From Alphaproteobacteria bacterium (lineage in GTDB: Bacteria > Pseudomonadota > Alphaproteobacteria > Bin95), in assembly GCA_964291285.2 (NCBI GenBank), contig OZ219788.1, positions 160,001-224,000 of the forward strand: a stretch of 64,000 nucleotides of DNA, in the 5' to 3' direction. Within the stretch, counting starts at the first letter, position 1; each line of letters starts with the position of its first letter. The notes under the pieces are model-generated. The model did no database searches, had not been told where the DNA came from, and saw only the letters and a list, made by a program, of their open reading frames with translations. Shown here piece after piece: positions 1-11,869 of this stretch. Made by a program: the position numbers and the translations under genes.

Positions 1-610
<610 letters not shown>

Positions 611-639
611 GATGGCGACGGCGAAACGGAGGACAGAGG

Positions 640-1746
640 ATGGCGGCGGCTTCCTACATCAATCCGCGGACCGGCGCGAATTGGCATGCGGACCGGGCGC
701 TCTGGCGCGCGCCGGACGATGGCGGCCTGCTGGGCCTGACGCCGGGGCAGGGCCTCGCGCGGGACGAGATCGAGCGGTCGGAGACCTCGTTATGGCGCTA
801 CCGCGCCGCCATCCGCCTGGAAGACAGGGGCCGGGTCAGTCTCGGCGAAGGCTTCACGCCGTTGGTCGAGACGGAATGGGACGGCCGCCGGCTCCTCTTC
901 AAGTGCGAGCACCTGATGCCCACCGGCTCATTCAAGGACCGGGGCACGGCCGTCATGATGACGCATCTGAAGCAGGCGGGCGTGGAGGCGCTGCTGGAAG
1001 ACAGCTCCGGCAATGCCGGGGCGTCCATCGCCGCCTACGCCGCCGCTGCGGGAATACGCGCCCGCATCATGGTGCCGGAGAGCGCCCCGGCGGCGAAGCG
1101 CATCCAGATCGCCGCCGCCGGGGCCGAATTGCAGGAGGTGGCCGGAGACCGCGACGCCGTGGAGCAGGCGGCGCTCGCGGCTGCGGAGGAGCTGTTCTAC
1201 GCGAGCCACAACCGCCAGCCCTTCTTCCTCGAAGGCACCAAGACGCTCGCCTTCGAGCTATGGGAGCAGCTGGGCTTCCGCGCGCCGGCGGCCGTGGCCG
1301 CGCCCTGCGGCAACGGCGCCAACATTCTCGGCCTCCATCTCGGCTTCCGGGAATTGCGGGAAGCGGGGGAGATCGAGTCCCTGCCCCGCCTTTATGCGGT
1401 GCAGGCGGCGAACAACGCCCCCATCCACGCCCTGTTCGACGGCCGGGTCCTGCCGCGGGGGCCGACCGTCGCAGACGGCATCGCGACGGCGCAGCCGATC
1501 AGGGGGCGGATGGTGGCAGACGCCGTCCGGGCCACCGGGGGCATGGTTCCCGTCGTGAGCGAAGAGGCGATCCGCGCCGCCCTGGAGCAGCTCGCCCGGT
1601 CCGGCTGGTTCCTGGAGCCGACCTCCGCGGTTGCCGCCGCAGCCCTGCCGCAAATCCCGGAGGACGACGTGGTGCTGGTGCTGACGGGCTCCGGCCTCAA
1701 GACCCTCGACGTCCATGCCGGCCTTGCGGGACTATCGGGACCCTGA
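640..1746 (+). CDS. PLP-dependent threonine synthase-like enzyme (fold type II)
   Basis: [25 protein letters not shown] (PLP lysine), [26 protein letters not shown] motifs. Confidence 0.88.
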   Translation: MAAASYINPRTGANWHADRALWRAPDDGGLLGLTPGQGLARDEIERSETSLWRYRAAIRLEDRGRVSLGEGFTPLVETEWDGRRLLFKCEHLMPTGSFKDRGTAVMMTHLKQAGVEALLEDSSGNAGASIAAYAAAAGIRARIMVPESAPAAKRIQIAAAGAELQEVAGDRDAVEQAALAAAEELFYASHNRQPFFLEGTKTLAFELWEQLGFRAPAAVAAPCGNGANILGLHLGFRELREAGEIESLPRLYAVQAANNAPIHALFDGRVLPRGPTVADGIATAQPIRGRMVADAVRATGGMVPVVSEEAIRAALEQLARSGWFLEPTSAVAAAALPQIPEDDVVLVLTGSGLKTLDVHAGLAGLSGP

Positions 1747-3030
1747 AGTTTGCCGGAGAAGCCGCATCGGCGCGCCGCCGCCGGCCTGCATGCGGGATAT
1801 GAGGACGAGGACGACGATCAGGTTGGCGGCGTTGAATGCCGCCCCGACCAGGAATGCGGGCGTGTAGCTGCCTGTCCAGTCGAAGAGTTAGCCGGCCAGC
1901 CACCCGCCGAATCCCATGGCGAGGGTGCCGAACAGCAGGACCACGCCCAGCCGCCGGCCGGCCTCGGCCGGCGGCAGATGCTCGCGGACGATCACCGGAT
2001 AGCAGATGCTGATGCCCCCGTATCCGATCCCGAACAGGGCCGAGACGGCGTAGAGCGCGAGCATGCCGTCCACCGCTGCGTAGAACAGCAGCGCCACCGT
2101 CTGCAGGCCGGAGAACGCCAGCAGCGAGACGAGGCCGCCAACACGGTCCACCAGCAGGGCGCCGCCAACGAACCGGACGACGGTGGCCGCCAGCAATGCG
2201 GTTGCGAGCATCTCCGCCGCCCGCGCCGCGGCGTGGCCGAGATCGCTCGCATGTGCGACGAGGTGCGCGACCGGCATCGCCATGGAAACGCAGCATCCGA
2301 CGATGGCGAGGCAGAACGCGGTCTGGGTCGCGAATATCGAAAGGGCGATTGTCCGCCGGCGGACCGCTGGCGCTCCGGAACGGGATTCGGCATTGCCGCC
2401 TTCACCGTCCGGGGCCGATGCCTCCCGCGCCGGCATCCGGCGCCACAGCACGAGGCTGAGCGGCAGCGCCGTGACCAGGACGAAAACGCCGAATCCGAGG
2501 AAGGTGTCCCGCCAGCCGACGGTCTCGTTGAAATACCGGAACACGGGCGGCCAGACGGTGCCGCCGATGCTTTCCCCGGCCGTGACCAGGCCGACCGCGA
2601 GGCCGCGCCGGTTCTCGAACCAGCGCATCGCGTTGACGGACAGGGGCCCGTAAACGGTCGCGTAGCCGAGCAGCCCCATCATCGCGCCATAGACGAGGTA
2701 GAGCTGCCACTCCGAGTCGATGGACCCGGCGAGCGCTGCGCCCACGCCCAGCATGGTCATGCCGAGCAGGCTAACCGGCCCCGCTCCGGCGCGGTCGAAC
2801 CAGTATCCCATGGCGATGCCGCCGATCCCGGTCCCGGCGAAGAAGAGCAAATAGGCGAAGGACGGCACGGCGCGCGGCCAGCCGAACTCGCCCGCGATCT
2901 GCTTCAGGCTCACCACCAGCAGATACATCGCGCCGCTGGCGACCAGCACCAGATAAATGGAAACGGCGAGCACTGCGACGGCGAGCAGTTGCCGCCTCGT
3001 TGCGGGGTCTGGCGTCTCCGAGTCGGTCAT
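1732..3030 (-). pseudogene. MFS transporter interrupted by an in-frame TAA at 1888-1890
   Basis: Hydrophobic MFS pattern from ATG 3030. The frame continues past TAA as ...GFGGWLAG*LFDWTGSYTPAFLVGAAFNAANLIVVLVL to TAG at 1732-1734. Confidence 0.75.
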
Positions 3031-3129
3031 TCGGGAACCCGGCTGTCGCGGTTGCTCCCTGCCGCAAGCGGCAACTGTCAGGTCAATAGCCTCGCAGAGC
3101 CGTCTTGCCAACGGATCGAGCGGGCCGGC

Positions 3130-3282
3130 ATGTCGCTCTCCGACTTCCTGCTCGCCGAGATTCGCGAGGTTGCGGCGCGGCCTACCGTGGACGAGTTGCG
3201 CAGACGCATCGCAGGCCGCGCGGGCGTCTCGCCCTCGGTGCCGCCTGCCGAGGTGGTCCGCCGGGAACGCGACAGCGGGTGA
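3130..3282 (+). pseudogene. FitA/VapB-like antitoxin, N-terminally truncated remnant
   Basis: (RAG)MSLSDFLLAEIREVAARPT...PPAEVVRRERD resembles the C-terminal half of RHH antitoxins. Its stop overlaps the start of a PIN ORF (GTGA). Confidence 0.55.
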
Positions 3283-3455
3283 TCGTCGTCGATGCCTCCG
3301 CCCTCATCCAACTGCTTCTGCCCTCGGACGCCGCCGGAACCGGCGCGGCGCGGAAACCGAGTTTCTCTAATTTCCGCCCCGCTGCCGGCGCGGTCGGGGC
3401 TTGGGAGCCGGGCCGGGCGGATCGAGGCCGGCCCGGCGGGCCCACACGTAGATGA
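3279..3455 (+). pseudogene. VapC/PIN toxin, 5' fragment only
   Basis: Starts VIVVDASALIQLLL (typical PIN N-terminus). Similarity is lost after about 20 codons and the frame ends at 3455. Confidence 0.6.
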
Positions 3456-3945
3456 AGTGCCGCGCCCGTCTCTGGCGAAGAGGCCACGGCCGGTCCGGCG
3501 AGATGGGCATGATGTCTGCGATTTCCCTGTAGGATTTTCCGGCTGCGCGCAGTTCGAAGGCGCGCCGGACCGTTTCGTCAGACAGGGCCTTTTCGCTTCG
3601 GGCCCGGCCAGCGCATTGCCTGGAGCAGTAGGCGGCCTTTTCGCTGTGAGGCCGGAACACGGTCCCGCACTGGACGCAAGGCCGCGGCGCGGGAGGATTG
3701 TGCCGCCGCCGCTCAACGACTTCCCCCTGGCCCTCCGCCTTCCGGGCCACCTGTTGAACTCTCTGGGAGGTGACGCCCACCGTCTCGCCGACCGACTTCA
3801 GGGACTGGCCCTGTTCCAGCAGCGCTTTGGCCCGGGGCCACCAGGCCGGCAGGCGTTTCGGCCGAACCGGCCGCACCACCGGCCGCGGCACCGGCCGCCA
3901 GCCGCGCGCCGGGCCTTCGCCCCATTCAAGCCGGCCGCCCTTCAC
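3367..3945 (-). CDS. Hypothetical DNA-binding protein (HTH - Cys4 zinc motif - HTH); start uncertain
   Basis: [21 protein letters not shown] (HTH-like), CVQCGTVF...[22 protein letters not shown] (HTH-like). Confidence 0.6.
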   Translation of the reverse strand: MKGGRLEWGEGPARGWRPVPRPVVRPVRPKRLPAWWPRAKALLEQGQSLKSVGETVGVTSQRVQQVARKAEGQGEVVERRRHNPPAPRPCVQCGTVFRPHSEKAAYCSRQCAGRARSEKALSDETVRRAFELRAAGKSYREIADIMPISPDRPWPLRQRRARHFIYVWARRAGLDPPGPAPKPRPRRQRGGN

Positions 3946-5057
3946 GCCGCCAGCCTGTCGAGTTCCGCCAGAACGGCGTCGCCCATGGCGGAGCAGGAGA
4001 CCGGCTGCTGGCCGGGCCCCGCGATGTCGGCGGTGCGCACGCCTGCAGCCAGCACGTTCTCGACCGCGCCGTCCACGAGGTCCGCATCCTCGCCCATGTC
4101 GAAGCTGTAACGCAGCATCATCGAGAATGATAGCAGTTCCGCGAGCGGATTGGCACGGTCTTCGCCGGCGATGTCGGGCGCGCTGCCATGAACCGGCTCG
4201 TAGAGTGAGAGCCGCCGGCCCGTGGTCGGGTCCTCCGCGCCGAGCGAGGCCGAGGGCAGCATGCCGAGCGAGCCGGTCAGCATCGCCGCGCAGTCCGACA
4301 AGAGGTCGCCGAACAGATTGTCGGTGACGATGACGTCGAACTGCTTGGGGTTGCGCACGAGCTGCATGGCGCAGTTGTCCGCGTACATGTGCGAAAGCTC
4401 GACATCGGGGAATTCGTCGTCATGGATACGCTGGACGTCCTCGCGCCACATCACGCCGCTCTCCATGACATTCGCCTTCTCGACCGACATGACGCGGTTG
4501 GAGCGCTTGCGGGCAAGCTCGAAGCCGACCCTGGCGACGCGCTCGACCTCGGGCGTCGTATAGACCTGCGTGTTGATGCCGCGCCGGACGCCGTTGCCCA
4601 GGTCCTCGATGCCGCGCGGCTCGCCGAAATAGATGCCGCCCGTGAGCTCCCGCAGGATCATGATATCGAGGCCGGAGACGAGTTCGCGCTTGAGCGAGGA
4701 GGCGTCCGCGAGCGCGTCGAACACGATGGCCGGGCGGAGATTGGCGAACAGGTCCATCTCCTTGCGCAGGCGGAGCAGGCCGCGCTCCGGCTGGACCTCG
4801 AAGGGCAGCGTCTCCCATTTCGGGCCGCCGACCGAGCCGAACAGCACCGCGTCGGAGGCGACCGCATCGGCCAACGTCTCGTCGGTGAGCGGCAGGCCGT
4901 GCGCGTCGATGGCGGAACCGCCCACCAGCCCTTCCGCTATGTCGAAGGAGACATGGCGGCGCCGGTCCATCCAGTCCACCACGCGGCGCACCTGACCCAC
5001 GACCTCGGGGCCGATGCCGTCGCCGGCGAGAATGAGCAGCTTCTTGTTGGCGGGCAT
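3942..5057 (-). CDS. leuB: 3-isopropylmalate dehydrogenase
   Basis: [53 protein letters not shown]. Confidence 0.97.
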   Translation of the reverse strand: MPANKKLLILAGDGIGPEVVGQVRRVVDWMDRRRHVSFDIAEGLVGGSAIDAHGLPLTDETLADAVASDAVLFGSVGGPKWETLPFEVQPERGLLRLRKEMDLFANLRPAIVFDALADASSLKRELVSGLDIMILRELTGGIYFGEPRGIEDLGNGVRRGINTQVYTTPEVERVARVGFELARKRSNRVMSVEKANVMESGVMWREDVQRIHDDEFPDVELSHMYADNCAMQLVRNPKQFDVIVTDNLFGDLLSDCAAMLTGSLGMLPSASLGAEDPTTGRRLSLYEPVHGSAPDIAGEDRANPLAELLSFSMMLRYSFDMGEDADLVDGAVENVLAAGVRTADIAGPGQQPVSCSAMGDAVLAELDRLAA

Positions 5058-5124
5058 GTCCGGCCCCTCTTCCTCCGATGCACAGAACATAGCGTCCGCG
5101 CCGCCACCCCGGAAGCACCGGGTC

Positions 5125-6099
5125 TCAATGCTCCTTGACGAAGGGCCTTCCCAGAGCGCGGGGCGGGATGGCGCGGCCGAAGAAGCCGGCGAGCAGCACC
5201 ACCGTCATTGCGTAGGGCAGCACCGAGACGAGCGCCACGGGCGCCGGGCCGATCAACGGCAGCTCCATGCCCTGCAGCCTCGGCGCCACCGTGTCCAGCA
5301 GGCCGAACAGGAGACAGGCGAAGAGCACGGGAAGCGGCTTCCAGCGCCCGAAGATCAGCGCCGCGAGAGCTAGGAAGCCCTTACCCGCGCTCATCTCGCG
5401 CACGAAGCCCGCGCCGTGGGCTATCGAGAGATAGGCGCCCGCCAGACCGCAGAGCAGGCCGGCGATGAGGATGCCGCGATAGCGGAGCGCCGACACCGAA
5501 ACGCCGGCACTGTCCACCGCCTCCGGCAGTTCGCCCGCAGCGCGGAGCCTGAGCCCGAAGCGCGTGCGCCAGCCCAGCCACCAGACCAGCAGCACGGACA
5601 GGAAGGCTGCATAGACCAGCAGGTTGTGGCCGGACACCAGTTCGGCATAGAGAGGCCCCAGAAGAGGAATCTCCCTGAGGCTTTCGGCAAATGGCAGGGC
5701 GATGGGCGAAAAGCGCTCGCCGGCGCCGAGAGCGGGCGTGTGGCCGCCATGGCGGAAGAGCGCATTCGCCACCACCACGGTCATGCCGAGCGCGAGGATA
5801 TTCACCGCGACGCCGGAGACGATCTGCTCGCCGCGATGGGTTATGCAGGCGAAGCCGTGGACGAGCGCCAGCATGACGGAGGCCGCGAGCGCGGCGGCCA
5901 GACCAACCCAGGGCGAGCCTGTCAGCGTGGCGGCGGCGGCGGCGGCGAAGGCGCCGGCCAGCAGCTTGCCCTCAAGGCCGATATCGACGATGCCGGAGCG
6001 CTCGGAGACGAGCCCCGCCATGGCGCAGAAGATGAGCGGCGTGGCGAGCCGGGCGGTCCCGTCCAGTACCGTGAGCAGGTCGATCCACAGCTCAGGCAT
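5125..6099 (-). CDS. ABC transporter permease (nucleoside/sugar CUT2 type)
   Basis: [42 protein letters not shown]. Confidence 0.9.
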   Translation of the reverse strand: MPELWIDLLTVLDGTARLATPLIFCAMAGLVSERSGIVDIGLEGKLLAGAFAAAAAATLTGSPWVGLAAALAASVMLALVHGFACITHRGEQIVSGVAVNILALGMTVVVANALFRHGGHTPALGAGERFSPIALPFAESLREIPLLGPLYAELVSGHNLLVYAAFLSVLLVWWLGWRTRFGLRLRAAGELPEAVDSAGVSVSALRYRGILIAGLLCGLAGAYLSIAHGAGFVREMSAGKGFLALAALIFGRWKPLPVLFACLLFGLLDTVAPRLQGMELPLIGPAPVALVSVLPYAMTVVLLAGFFGRAIPPRALGRPFVKEH

Positions 6100-7186
6100 G
6101 GGCGGCGTTCCGCATGAGGACGAGCCTCGCCAGCCAAGGCGTGAACATGTAGGCGAGCGCGCCGGAGAAGAGGATCACCAGCCCCTGGATCACCAGGGCA
6201 AGCTCGTGGGTGATGGTCTCGAACTCGAAATTGAGTTCCGCCCCGCCCTGGAAGAGCGCGCCGAAGAGGAGGCCCGCCGCGAGGATGCCGAGGGGATGGT
6301 TGCGGCCCATGAGGGCCACCGCAATGCCGGTGAAGCCGTAGCCGGCGGAAAAGTTGAGCACCAGCTTGTGCTGGACGCCCAGCACCTCGTTGAGCGCCAT
6401 GCAGCCCGCGAGCGCGCCGGAGAGCGCCATGGCGGCCACCACGACGCGGCGGACCGGAATGCCGGCATAGCGCGCCGCCTCCTCGCTGTGGCCGATGGCG
6501 CGAAGCGCATAGCCGAACTTGGTCCGCCAGATCAGCACCCAGACCGCCGCGCAGGCAATCAGCGCGAACAGGAAGGAGAGGTTGAGCGGCGAGCGGGCGG
6601 CCTCGAAGCCGAGGGTCCGGACGAGGTCGTGGACCGCCGGCAGGCGCACGGCCTCCTCGAACAGCCGCGTCTGCGGCGAGCCCTGGCCGGGGCGCATCAT
6701 CGGCCCCGACAGCAGCCAGACCATCAGCCCGGAGGCGAGGAAGTTGAACATGATGGTGGTGATGACGATGTGGCTGCCCCGGTAAGCCTGCAGCCAGCCC
6801 GGCACCACCGCCCAGGCCGCGCCGAACAGCGCCGCGCCGGCAATCGCCACGAACGCGACAAGCCAGCCCGGCAGCACGGTCTCGAGCGAGAGGCAGGCAA
6901 GCGCTATGCCGAGGCCGCCCAAGGTCGCCTGGCCCTCCGCCCCGATATTGAACAGCCGCGCCTGAAAGGCGAGCGCGGCGGCAAGCCCGGTGAAGACGAA
7001 ATTGGTGGCGTAGTAGAGCGTGTAGCCGAGCGAGCCCGGCCCGAAGGCCCCTTGCAGAAGCACCGCGAACACGTCCAGCGGGTCCTCGCCGACCAGCGCA
7101 ACGACGACCGCCGCCGCCAGCAGCGCAAGCGCCAGGTTGACGACCGGGAGGACGCCGATATCGAGCCAGCGCGGCAGAGCGGTCAA
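6092..7186 (-). CDS. ABC transporter permease (nucleoside/sugar CUT2 type)
   Basis: LFNIGAEGQ, TKFGYALRAIG, GYGFTGIAVALMGRNHP. TTG start at 7186 overlaps the ATPase stop. Confidence 0.9.
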   Translation of the reverse strand: MTALPRWLDIGVLPVVNLALALLAAAVVVALVGEDPLDVFAVLLQGAFGPGSLGYTLYYATNFVFTGLAAALAFQARLFNIGAEGQATLGGLGIALACLSLETVLPGWLVAFVAIAGAALFGAAWAVVPGWLQAYRGSHIVITTIMFNFLASGLMVWLLSGPMMRPGQGSPQTRLFEEAVRLPAVHDLVRTLGFEAARSPLNLSFLFALIACAAVWVLIWRTKFGYALRAIGHSEEAARYAGIPVRRVVVAAMALSGALAGCMALNEVLGVQHKLVLNFSAGYGFTGIAVALMGRNHPLGILAAGLLFGALFQGGAELNFEFETITHELALVIQGLVILFSGALAYMFTPWLARLVLMRNAAHA

Positions 7187-8736
7187 GCGGTTGCCCCCTC
7201 GGCGGCGCCGGTCATCATCAGCCCGAGCTGGCGGGCCGTGGCGCCTCCGGCCGGCACCGTGCCGGCCACCCGCCCGGCGTTCATCACCATGATCCGGTCG
7301 GCGAGCGCCAGGATTTCGTCGAGTTCCGTCGAGACCAGCAGGATGGCGGAGCCCCGCTCCTTCAGCGCCATGACCTCGGCATGGATGGTCTCGATGGTGC
7401 CGATATCGACGCCGCGTGTCGGCTGGCCCAGCAGCAGAACGGCGGGCACGGACTCGAACTCGCGCGCCAGAACGATCTTCTGCTGGTTGCCGCCGGAAAA
7501 CCCGGCCGCGGGCCGTCTCGGCTCCGGCGGGCGGATGTCGAAGCGCTCGATCAGGGGTTCGGCATGCGCCTGCATCGCCGCTCCGCTCGTCCAGGGGCCG
7601 GGCCCCGCGCTCTCCGGGCGGCCCAGCACGGCGTTCTCCCTGGCCTCGAACGGGAGGACCAGCCCCCGACGCTGACGGTCCTCCGGCACATGGGCGAGGC
7701 CGAGCGCGCGCAACTCGGCCGGCGTCGCCGGGCGGGCCGCGTCGATGCGCCGCCCGGCGAATTCGACATGGCCCTCCTGCACGCCCGCGAGACCGGAGAG
7801 GACATCGAGCAGTTCCGACTGGCCGTTTCCGGACACGCCCGCCACGGCGAGGATTTCGCCCGCCCGCAATTCCAGCGACACATCCTGAAGGCCGGGTGGG
7901 CCGCCGGGATGACTCCAAGTGAGGCCCGCCGCCCGCAGGACCGGCGTCCGGGCCCCGCTCTCCGGCGGGCGCACCGTCTGGCCGACCTTCCGCCCGACCA
8001 TGAGCTCGGCAAGCTCGCCCGTCGTCGTTTCGCCCGTGCTGCGCTGGCCCGCCAGGCGGCCGTGGCGCATGACCGAAACCGTGTCGCACACGGCCATCAC
8101 CTCGCGCAGCTTGTGGGTGATCAGAACGACGGTCCCGCCGGCATCGCGGATCGCGCGCAGGACGGCGAACAGCCGGTCGGTCTCGTCCGGAGTCAGCACG
8201 CCGGTCGGCTCGTCGAGGATCAGGATGCGGGCGCCCCGGAAGAGCGCCTTCAGGATTTCGATCCGCTGGCGTATGCCGACCGGCAGGTCGTCTATGAGGG
8301 TATCCGGATCGACTTCGAGCCCGTGCGTCCGGCTCAGGCCCTCCAGCCTCGCGCGGGTATCGGCCTCGCCGCCCCGGAGCCGGAAACTGCCTTCCATGCC
8401 GAGCATGACGTTTTCCAGCACGGTGAAGGTCGGCACCAGCATGAAGTGCTGGTGGACCATACCGACGCCAAGGCGGATCGCGTCCGCCGGGCTGCGGAGC
8501 GCCGCCGGCCGGCCGTCGATCTCCATGCTGCCCCGGTCGGCCGCATAGAGCCCGTAGATGATCGAGGCGAGCGTGGACTTGCCCGCTCCGTTCTCGCCGA
8601 TGATGCCGTGGATGGTGCCGGCCGGTATGTCCAGATCCACATCGTCGTTCGCAAAGACGGCGCCGAACCGCTTGGTGACGCCGCGCAGCCGGACCGCGGC
8701 GTGGCCGGGCTCTCCGGAGCCGTTACCGCCGGACAA
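7183..8736 (-). CDS. ABC transporter ATP-binding protein with two NBDs
   Basis: GENGAGKST, LILDEPT, FSGGNQQK, QPTRGVDIG. Confidence 0.93.
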   Translation of the reverse strand: MSGGNGSGEPGHAAVRLRGVTKRFGAVFANDDVDLDIPAGTIHGIIGENGAGKSTLASIIYGLYAADRGSMEIDGRPAALRSPADAIRLGVGMVHQHFMLVPTFTVLENVMLGMEGSFRLRGGEADTRARLEGLSRTHGLEVDPDTLIDDLPVGIRQRIEILKALFRGARILILDEPTGVLTPDETDRLFAVLRAIRDAGGTVVLITHKLREVMAVCDTVSVMRHGRLAGQRSTGETTTGELAELMVGRKVGQTVRPPESGARTPVLRAAGLTWSHPGGPPGLQDVSLELRAGEILAVAGVSGNGQSELLDVLSGLAGVQEGHVEFAGRRIDAARPATPAELRALGLAHVPEDRQRRGLVLPFEARENAVLGRPESAGPGPWTSGAAMQAHAEPLIERFDIRPPEPRRPAAGFSGGNQQKIVLAREFESVPAVLLLGQPTRGVDIGTIETIHAEVMALKERGSAILLVSTELDEILALADRIMVMNAGRVAGTVPAGGATARQLGLMMTGAAEGATA

Positions 8737-8744
8737 GGGCGGCC

Positions 8745-9746
8745 TCAGCCCGGGCAGTTCGAGTCGCTCATATAGTCGTGAACGGCGATGCTGCCGGCGA
8801 TGATGTCGGCCTTGGCCTTCTCGACGGCGACCTTCAACCCGTCCGTCAGCAGGCCGGCATTGTGCTCGTCCTGCGCCCAGTCCACGCCGCCCTCGGCAAG
8901 GCCGAGGCTCAGTATGCCGGCGGAGAACGTGCCGGCAAGACCGTCCTTCAGCGTCTGGTAGGTTGCGACATCGACGCGCTTCAGCATCGAGGTCAGCACG
9001 GAGCCGGGCGCGAGCCCGTTCTGGTTCGAATCGACGCCGATGGCGAGCTTGCCGGCATCAGCCGCCGCCTGGATCACGCCGATGCCGCTCCTGCCGGCGG
9101 CGTGATAGACCACGTCCGCGCCCCGATCCATCTGGCCCTTGGCGAGTTCGGACGCCCTGGTCGGATCGTTCCAGGCGGCGGGCGTCGTCCCGGTCATCGC
9201 CTGGAACACCTCGATATCGGCATTCGCGGCCTTCGCGCCTTGCAGGTAGCCGCAATGGAACTTGCGGATGAGGGGAATATCCATGCCGCCGACAAAGCCC
9301 ACCTTGCCGGTCTTGCTGGCCAGCGCCGCGGCGATTCCGACCAGGTAGCTCCCCTCATGCTCCTTGAAGACATATTGGCGCAGATTGGGCCGGTCGAGCC
9401 ACGAGACGTCGATGATCGCGAACTGGCGGTCAGGATAGTCCGCCGCGACCGCATCGAGAGCGTCCGCCTGGGAAAACCCGACCGCGATAACCATCGTGGC
9501 GCCCCGCTCCACGAGGCGGCGCATCGCCTGCTCGCGCTGGGTCTCGTTGGTGATCTGGAACTCGGCGACCTTGACGCCGGTTTCCGTCGAGAACTTCTGG
9601 ACGCCGTTCCAGACGCCCTCGTTGAAGCTCTTGTCGAATTTGCTGCCGACATCATAGACGACCGCCGGCTTGAACTCCGCGGCGAACGCCGTTCCGGCCG
9701 CGAGGGCCCCGAGCATCGCCACGACTGAAATCAACTTGCTTCGCAT
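8745..9746 (-). CDS. BMP family ABC substrate-binding protein
   Basis: Signal peptide; DKSFNE, FKEHEGSYLVG, AIGVDSNQN, LTSMLKRVD. Confidence 0.93.
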   Translation of the reverse strand: MRSKLISVVAMLGALAAGTAFAAEFKPAVVYDVGSKFDKSFNEGVWNGVQKFSTETGVKVAEFQITNETQREQAMRRLVERGATMVIAVGFSQADALDAVAADYPDRQFAIIDVSWLDRPNLRQYVFKEHEGSYLVGIAAALASKTGKVGFVGGMDIPLIRKFHCGYLQGAKAANADIEVFQAMTGTTPAAWNDPTRASELAKGQMDRGADVVYHAAGRSGIGVIQAAADAGKLAIGVDSNQNGLAPGSVLTSMLKRVDVATYQTLKDGLAGTFSAGILSLGLAEGGVDWAQDEHNAGLLTDGLKVAVEKAKADIIAGSIAVHDYMSDSNCPG

Positions 9747-9793
9747 ATCGACCCCTTGTTCGCTGTCGCCCGTCGCCCGGCAGCATAATGCCG

Positions 9794-11869
9794 TTATCCG
9801 CCCTCTCCCAAGGCCAGCACCACGCCGCCGCTGACCGGGTCGGCCGCCGTGAGGCGGACGGAGAGGGTGTCACCCAGCCGAAAGGCGCGGCCGGTGGCGC
9901 GGCCGGTGAGGGTGTGGCGGCGCCCGTCATGGCGGAAATACTCGCCGCCGAGCGCCGCGGTCGGCAGGATGCCGTCCGCGCCCTCTCCGGCAAGGCGCAG
10001 GAAGAGGCCGAAGCGCTGCACGCCGACGATGCGCGCCTCGAAGGCTTCGCCCGCCCGACCTTCCAGCAGGGCGGCGGCATAGCGGTCCAGCGCCCGCCTC
10101 TCCGCCGCCGCCGCGCGCCGTTCCGTCGTCGAGATATGCGCGGCGATGTCGTGGAAGCCCGACTCGTCCCTGAGGCCGCCGACGCCCAGACCGAGCGCGG
10201 CGATCAGCGCGCGATGCACCAGCAGGTCGGCATAGCGCCGGATCGGCGAGGTGAAATGCGCGTAGCGCGCGAGCCCGAGGCCGAAATGGCCGCGCAGCTC
10301 CGGCGTATAGACGGCCTGGGACTGCGCGCGCAGCACCAGCTCGTGCGCGAGCGCCGCAAAGGGCTTGTCCGCAAGCCGGGCGAGCAGGGCGTTGAACTGC
10401 TTCGGGCGCTGCAATTCGCCGAAGGAGACGGGGTAGCCCAAGTCACGCAGCAGGCTTCGCATCGCCTCGACCGCCGCCGGGTCCGGCCGGTCGTGGACGC
10501 GCCGCATGCAGATCTGGCCCTTCGCCTCCAGCACCTCGGCCGCCGCGACATTCGCCGCGATCATGAACTCCTCGACGATCCGGTGGGACATCAGCCGGTT
10601 GCGCGCGCCCACCGCAACGGGGTTTCCGCCGGCATCGAAGACCACGCGGCGCTCCGGCAGGTCGAGCTCCAGCGCCCCGCGCCGCCACCGCGCGCGCTCG
10701 AGCGCGCGGAACGCCCCTTCCAGATAGGCGAGGTGCGGGGGCGTGTCCGGCCCGTCCAGCGCATCCTGGAGGGCGCGGTATGTGAGCCGGGCCGAAGAGC
10801 GCATCCATCCGCGCCGGAAGCGGTGGCCACGCAGGGCGCCCGCCGGGCCGATCCGCAGTTCCACGGCGAGGCAGGGCCGTTCCTCGCCGGGCAGAAGGCT
10901 GCCAAGCCCTCCGGACAGGCGCTCCGGCAGCATCGGCACGGCGCGGTCCGGCAGATAAACCGAGTTGCCGCGCCGCGCCGCCTCACCGTCGAGCGCGCTT
11001 CCGGGCGGCACAAGGGAGGCGATGTCGGCGATGGCGACCGTTACGCGCCAGCCCTCCTCGCCGTCGGGCTCCGCGAACACCGCATCGTCGAAGTCGCGGG
11101 CGTCGTCGTCATCCACGGTTACGAGGGCCATGTTGGTAAGGTCAGTGCGCCCGGCGGGTTCCGGTAGCCGCGCGGCCTCCGCCTCGGCCAGTGCATCGGG
11201 CGGGAACGACTCCTCGATGCCGTGCTCCAGCAGGGTCAGCGTCGAGAGCGCGCCCGGCCCGTCATGGCGGCCGGTGCGCTCGACCGCCCGGACCGTGCGG
11301 CGCTGTCCCCGCCCTCCCGGCAGAACCGCGGCGCGGACGATGTCTCCGGGCTCCGCGCCGCCCGCTTCCCCGAGGGCGAACTCCCGGTTCCGCCCCCGGT
11401 CTGCCGGACGAAACACCAGCTCGCCGCCTTCCTCCGCCACCACGCCCAGCATGTCGGCGGGAGGAGCGGTCAGCCGGCGCATGACGCGGGCCAGATAGCC
11501 GCCATCGCCCGCGGGCCTGAGGCGCACCAGCAGCTTCGCGCCCGTGGCGGGAAGCGGCCCCGGACCCGGCTCATCGACGACGATGTCCGGGGCGGGCACG
11601 CCCTTCCGTCCCGCCAGGCAGGCGAGCAGATCGCCGTCCTCGGTGCGCCCCGTCACCTCCACCACGGTCACTTCGGGCAGGCCGGTCGCGAACCGCCGGC
11701 CCCGGCGGCGGTCTATCGCGCCCTCGGCCTCTAGGTCCCGCAGGAGGTCCCGCAACGCCGCGCGCTCAGCGCCCTTGAGGCGGAAGGCGCGGGCGATCTC
11801 CTTGCGGTCCACCGGCCCGCCGCGTTCCGCGACGAAGGCGAGCAGACTGTCGCGGTCAGGCAGCGCCAC
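9794..11869 (-). CDS. rnr: Ribonuclease R
   Basis: TVDDDDARDFDDAV catalytic motif, RRGNSVY, YAHFTSPIRRYADL, C-terminal S1 domain. Confidence 0.93.
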   Translation of the reverse strand: MALPDRDSLLAFVAERGGPVDRKEIARAFRLKGAERAALRDLLRDLEAEGAIDRRRGRRFATGLPEVTVVEVTGRTEDGDLLACLAGRKGVPAPDIVVDEPGPGPLPATGAKLLVRLRPAGDGGYLARVMRRLTAPPADMLGVVAEEGGELVFRPADRGRNREFALGEAGGAEPGDIVRAAVLPGGRGQRRTVRAVERTGRHDGPGALSTLTLLEHGIEESFPPDALAEAEAARLPEPAGRTDLTNMALVTVDDDDARDFDDAVFAEPDGEEGWRVTVAIADIASLVPPGSALDGEAARRGNSVYLPDRAVPMLPERLSGGLGSLLPGEERPCLAVELRIGPAGALRGHRFRRGWMRSSARLTYRALQDALDGPDTPPHLAYLEGAFRALERARWRRGALELDLPERRVVFDAGGNPVAVGARNRLMSHRIVEEFMIAANVAAAEVLEAKGQICMRRVHDRPDPAAVEAMRSLLRDLGYPVSFGELQRPKQFNALLARLADKPFAALAHELVLRAQSQAVYTPELRGHFGLGLARYAHFTSPIRRYADLLVHRALIAALGLGVGGLRDESGFHDIAAHISTTERRAAAAERRALDRYAAALLEGRAGEAFEARIVGVQRFGLFLRLAGEGADGILPTAALGGEYFRHDGRRHTLTGRATGRAFRLGDTLSVRLTAADPVSGGVVLALGEGG

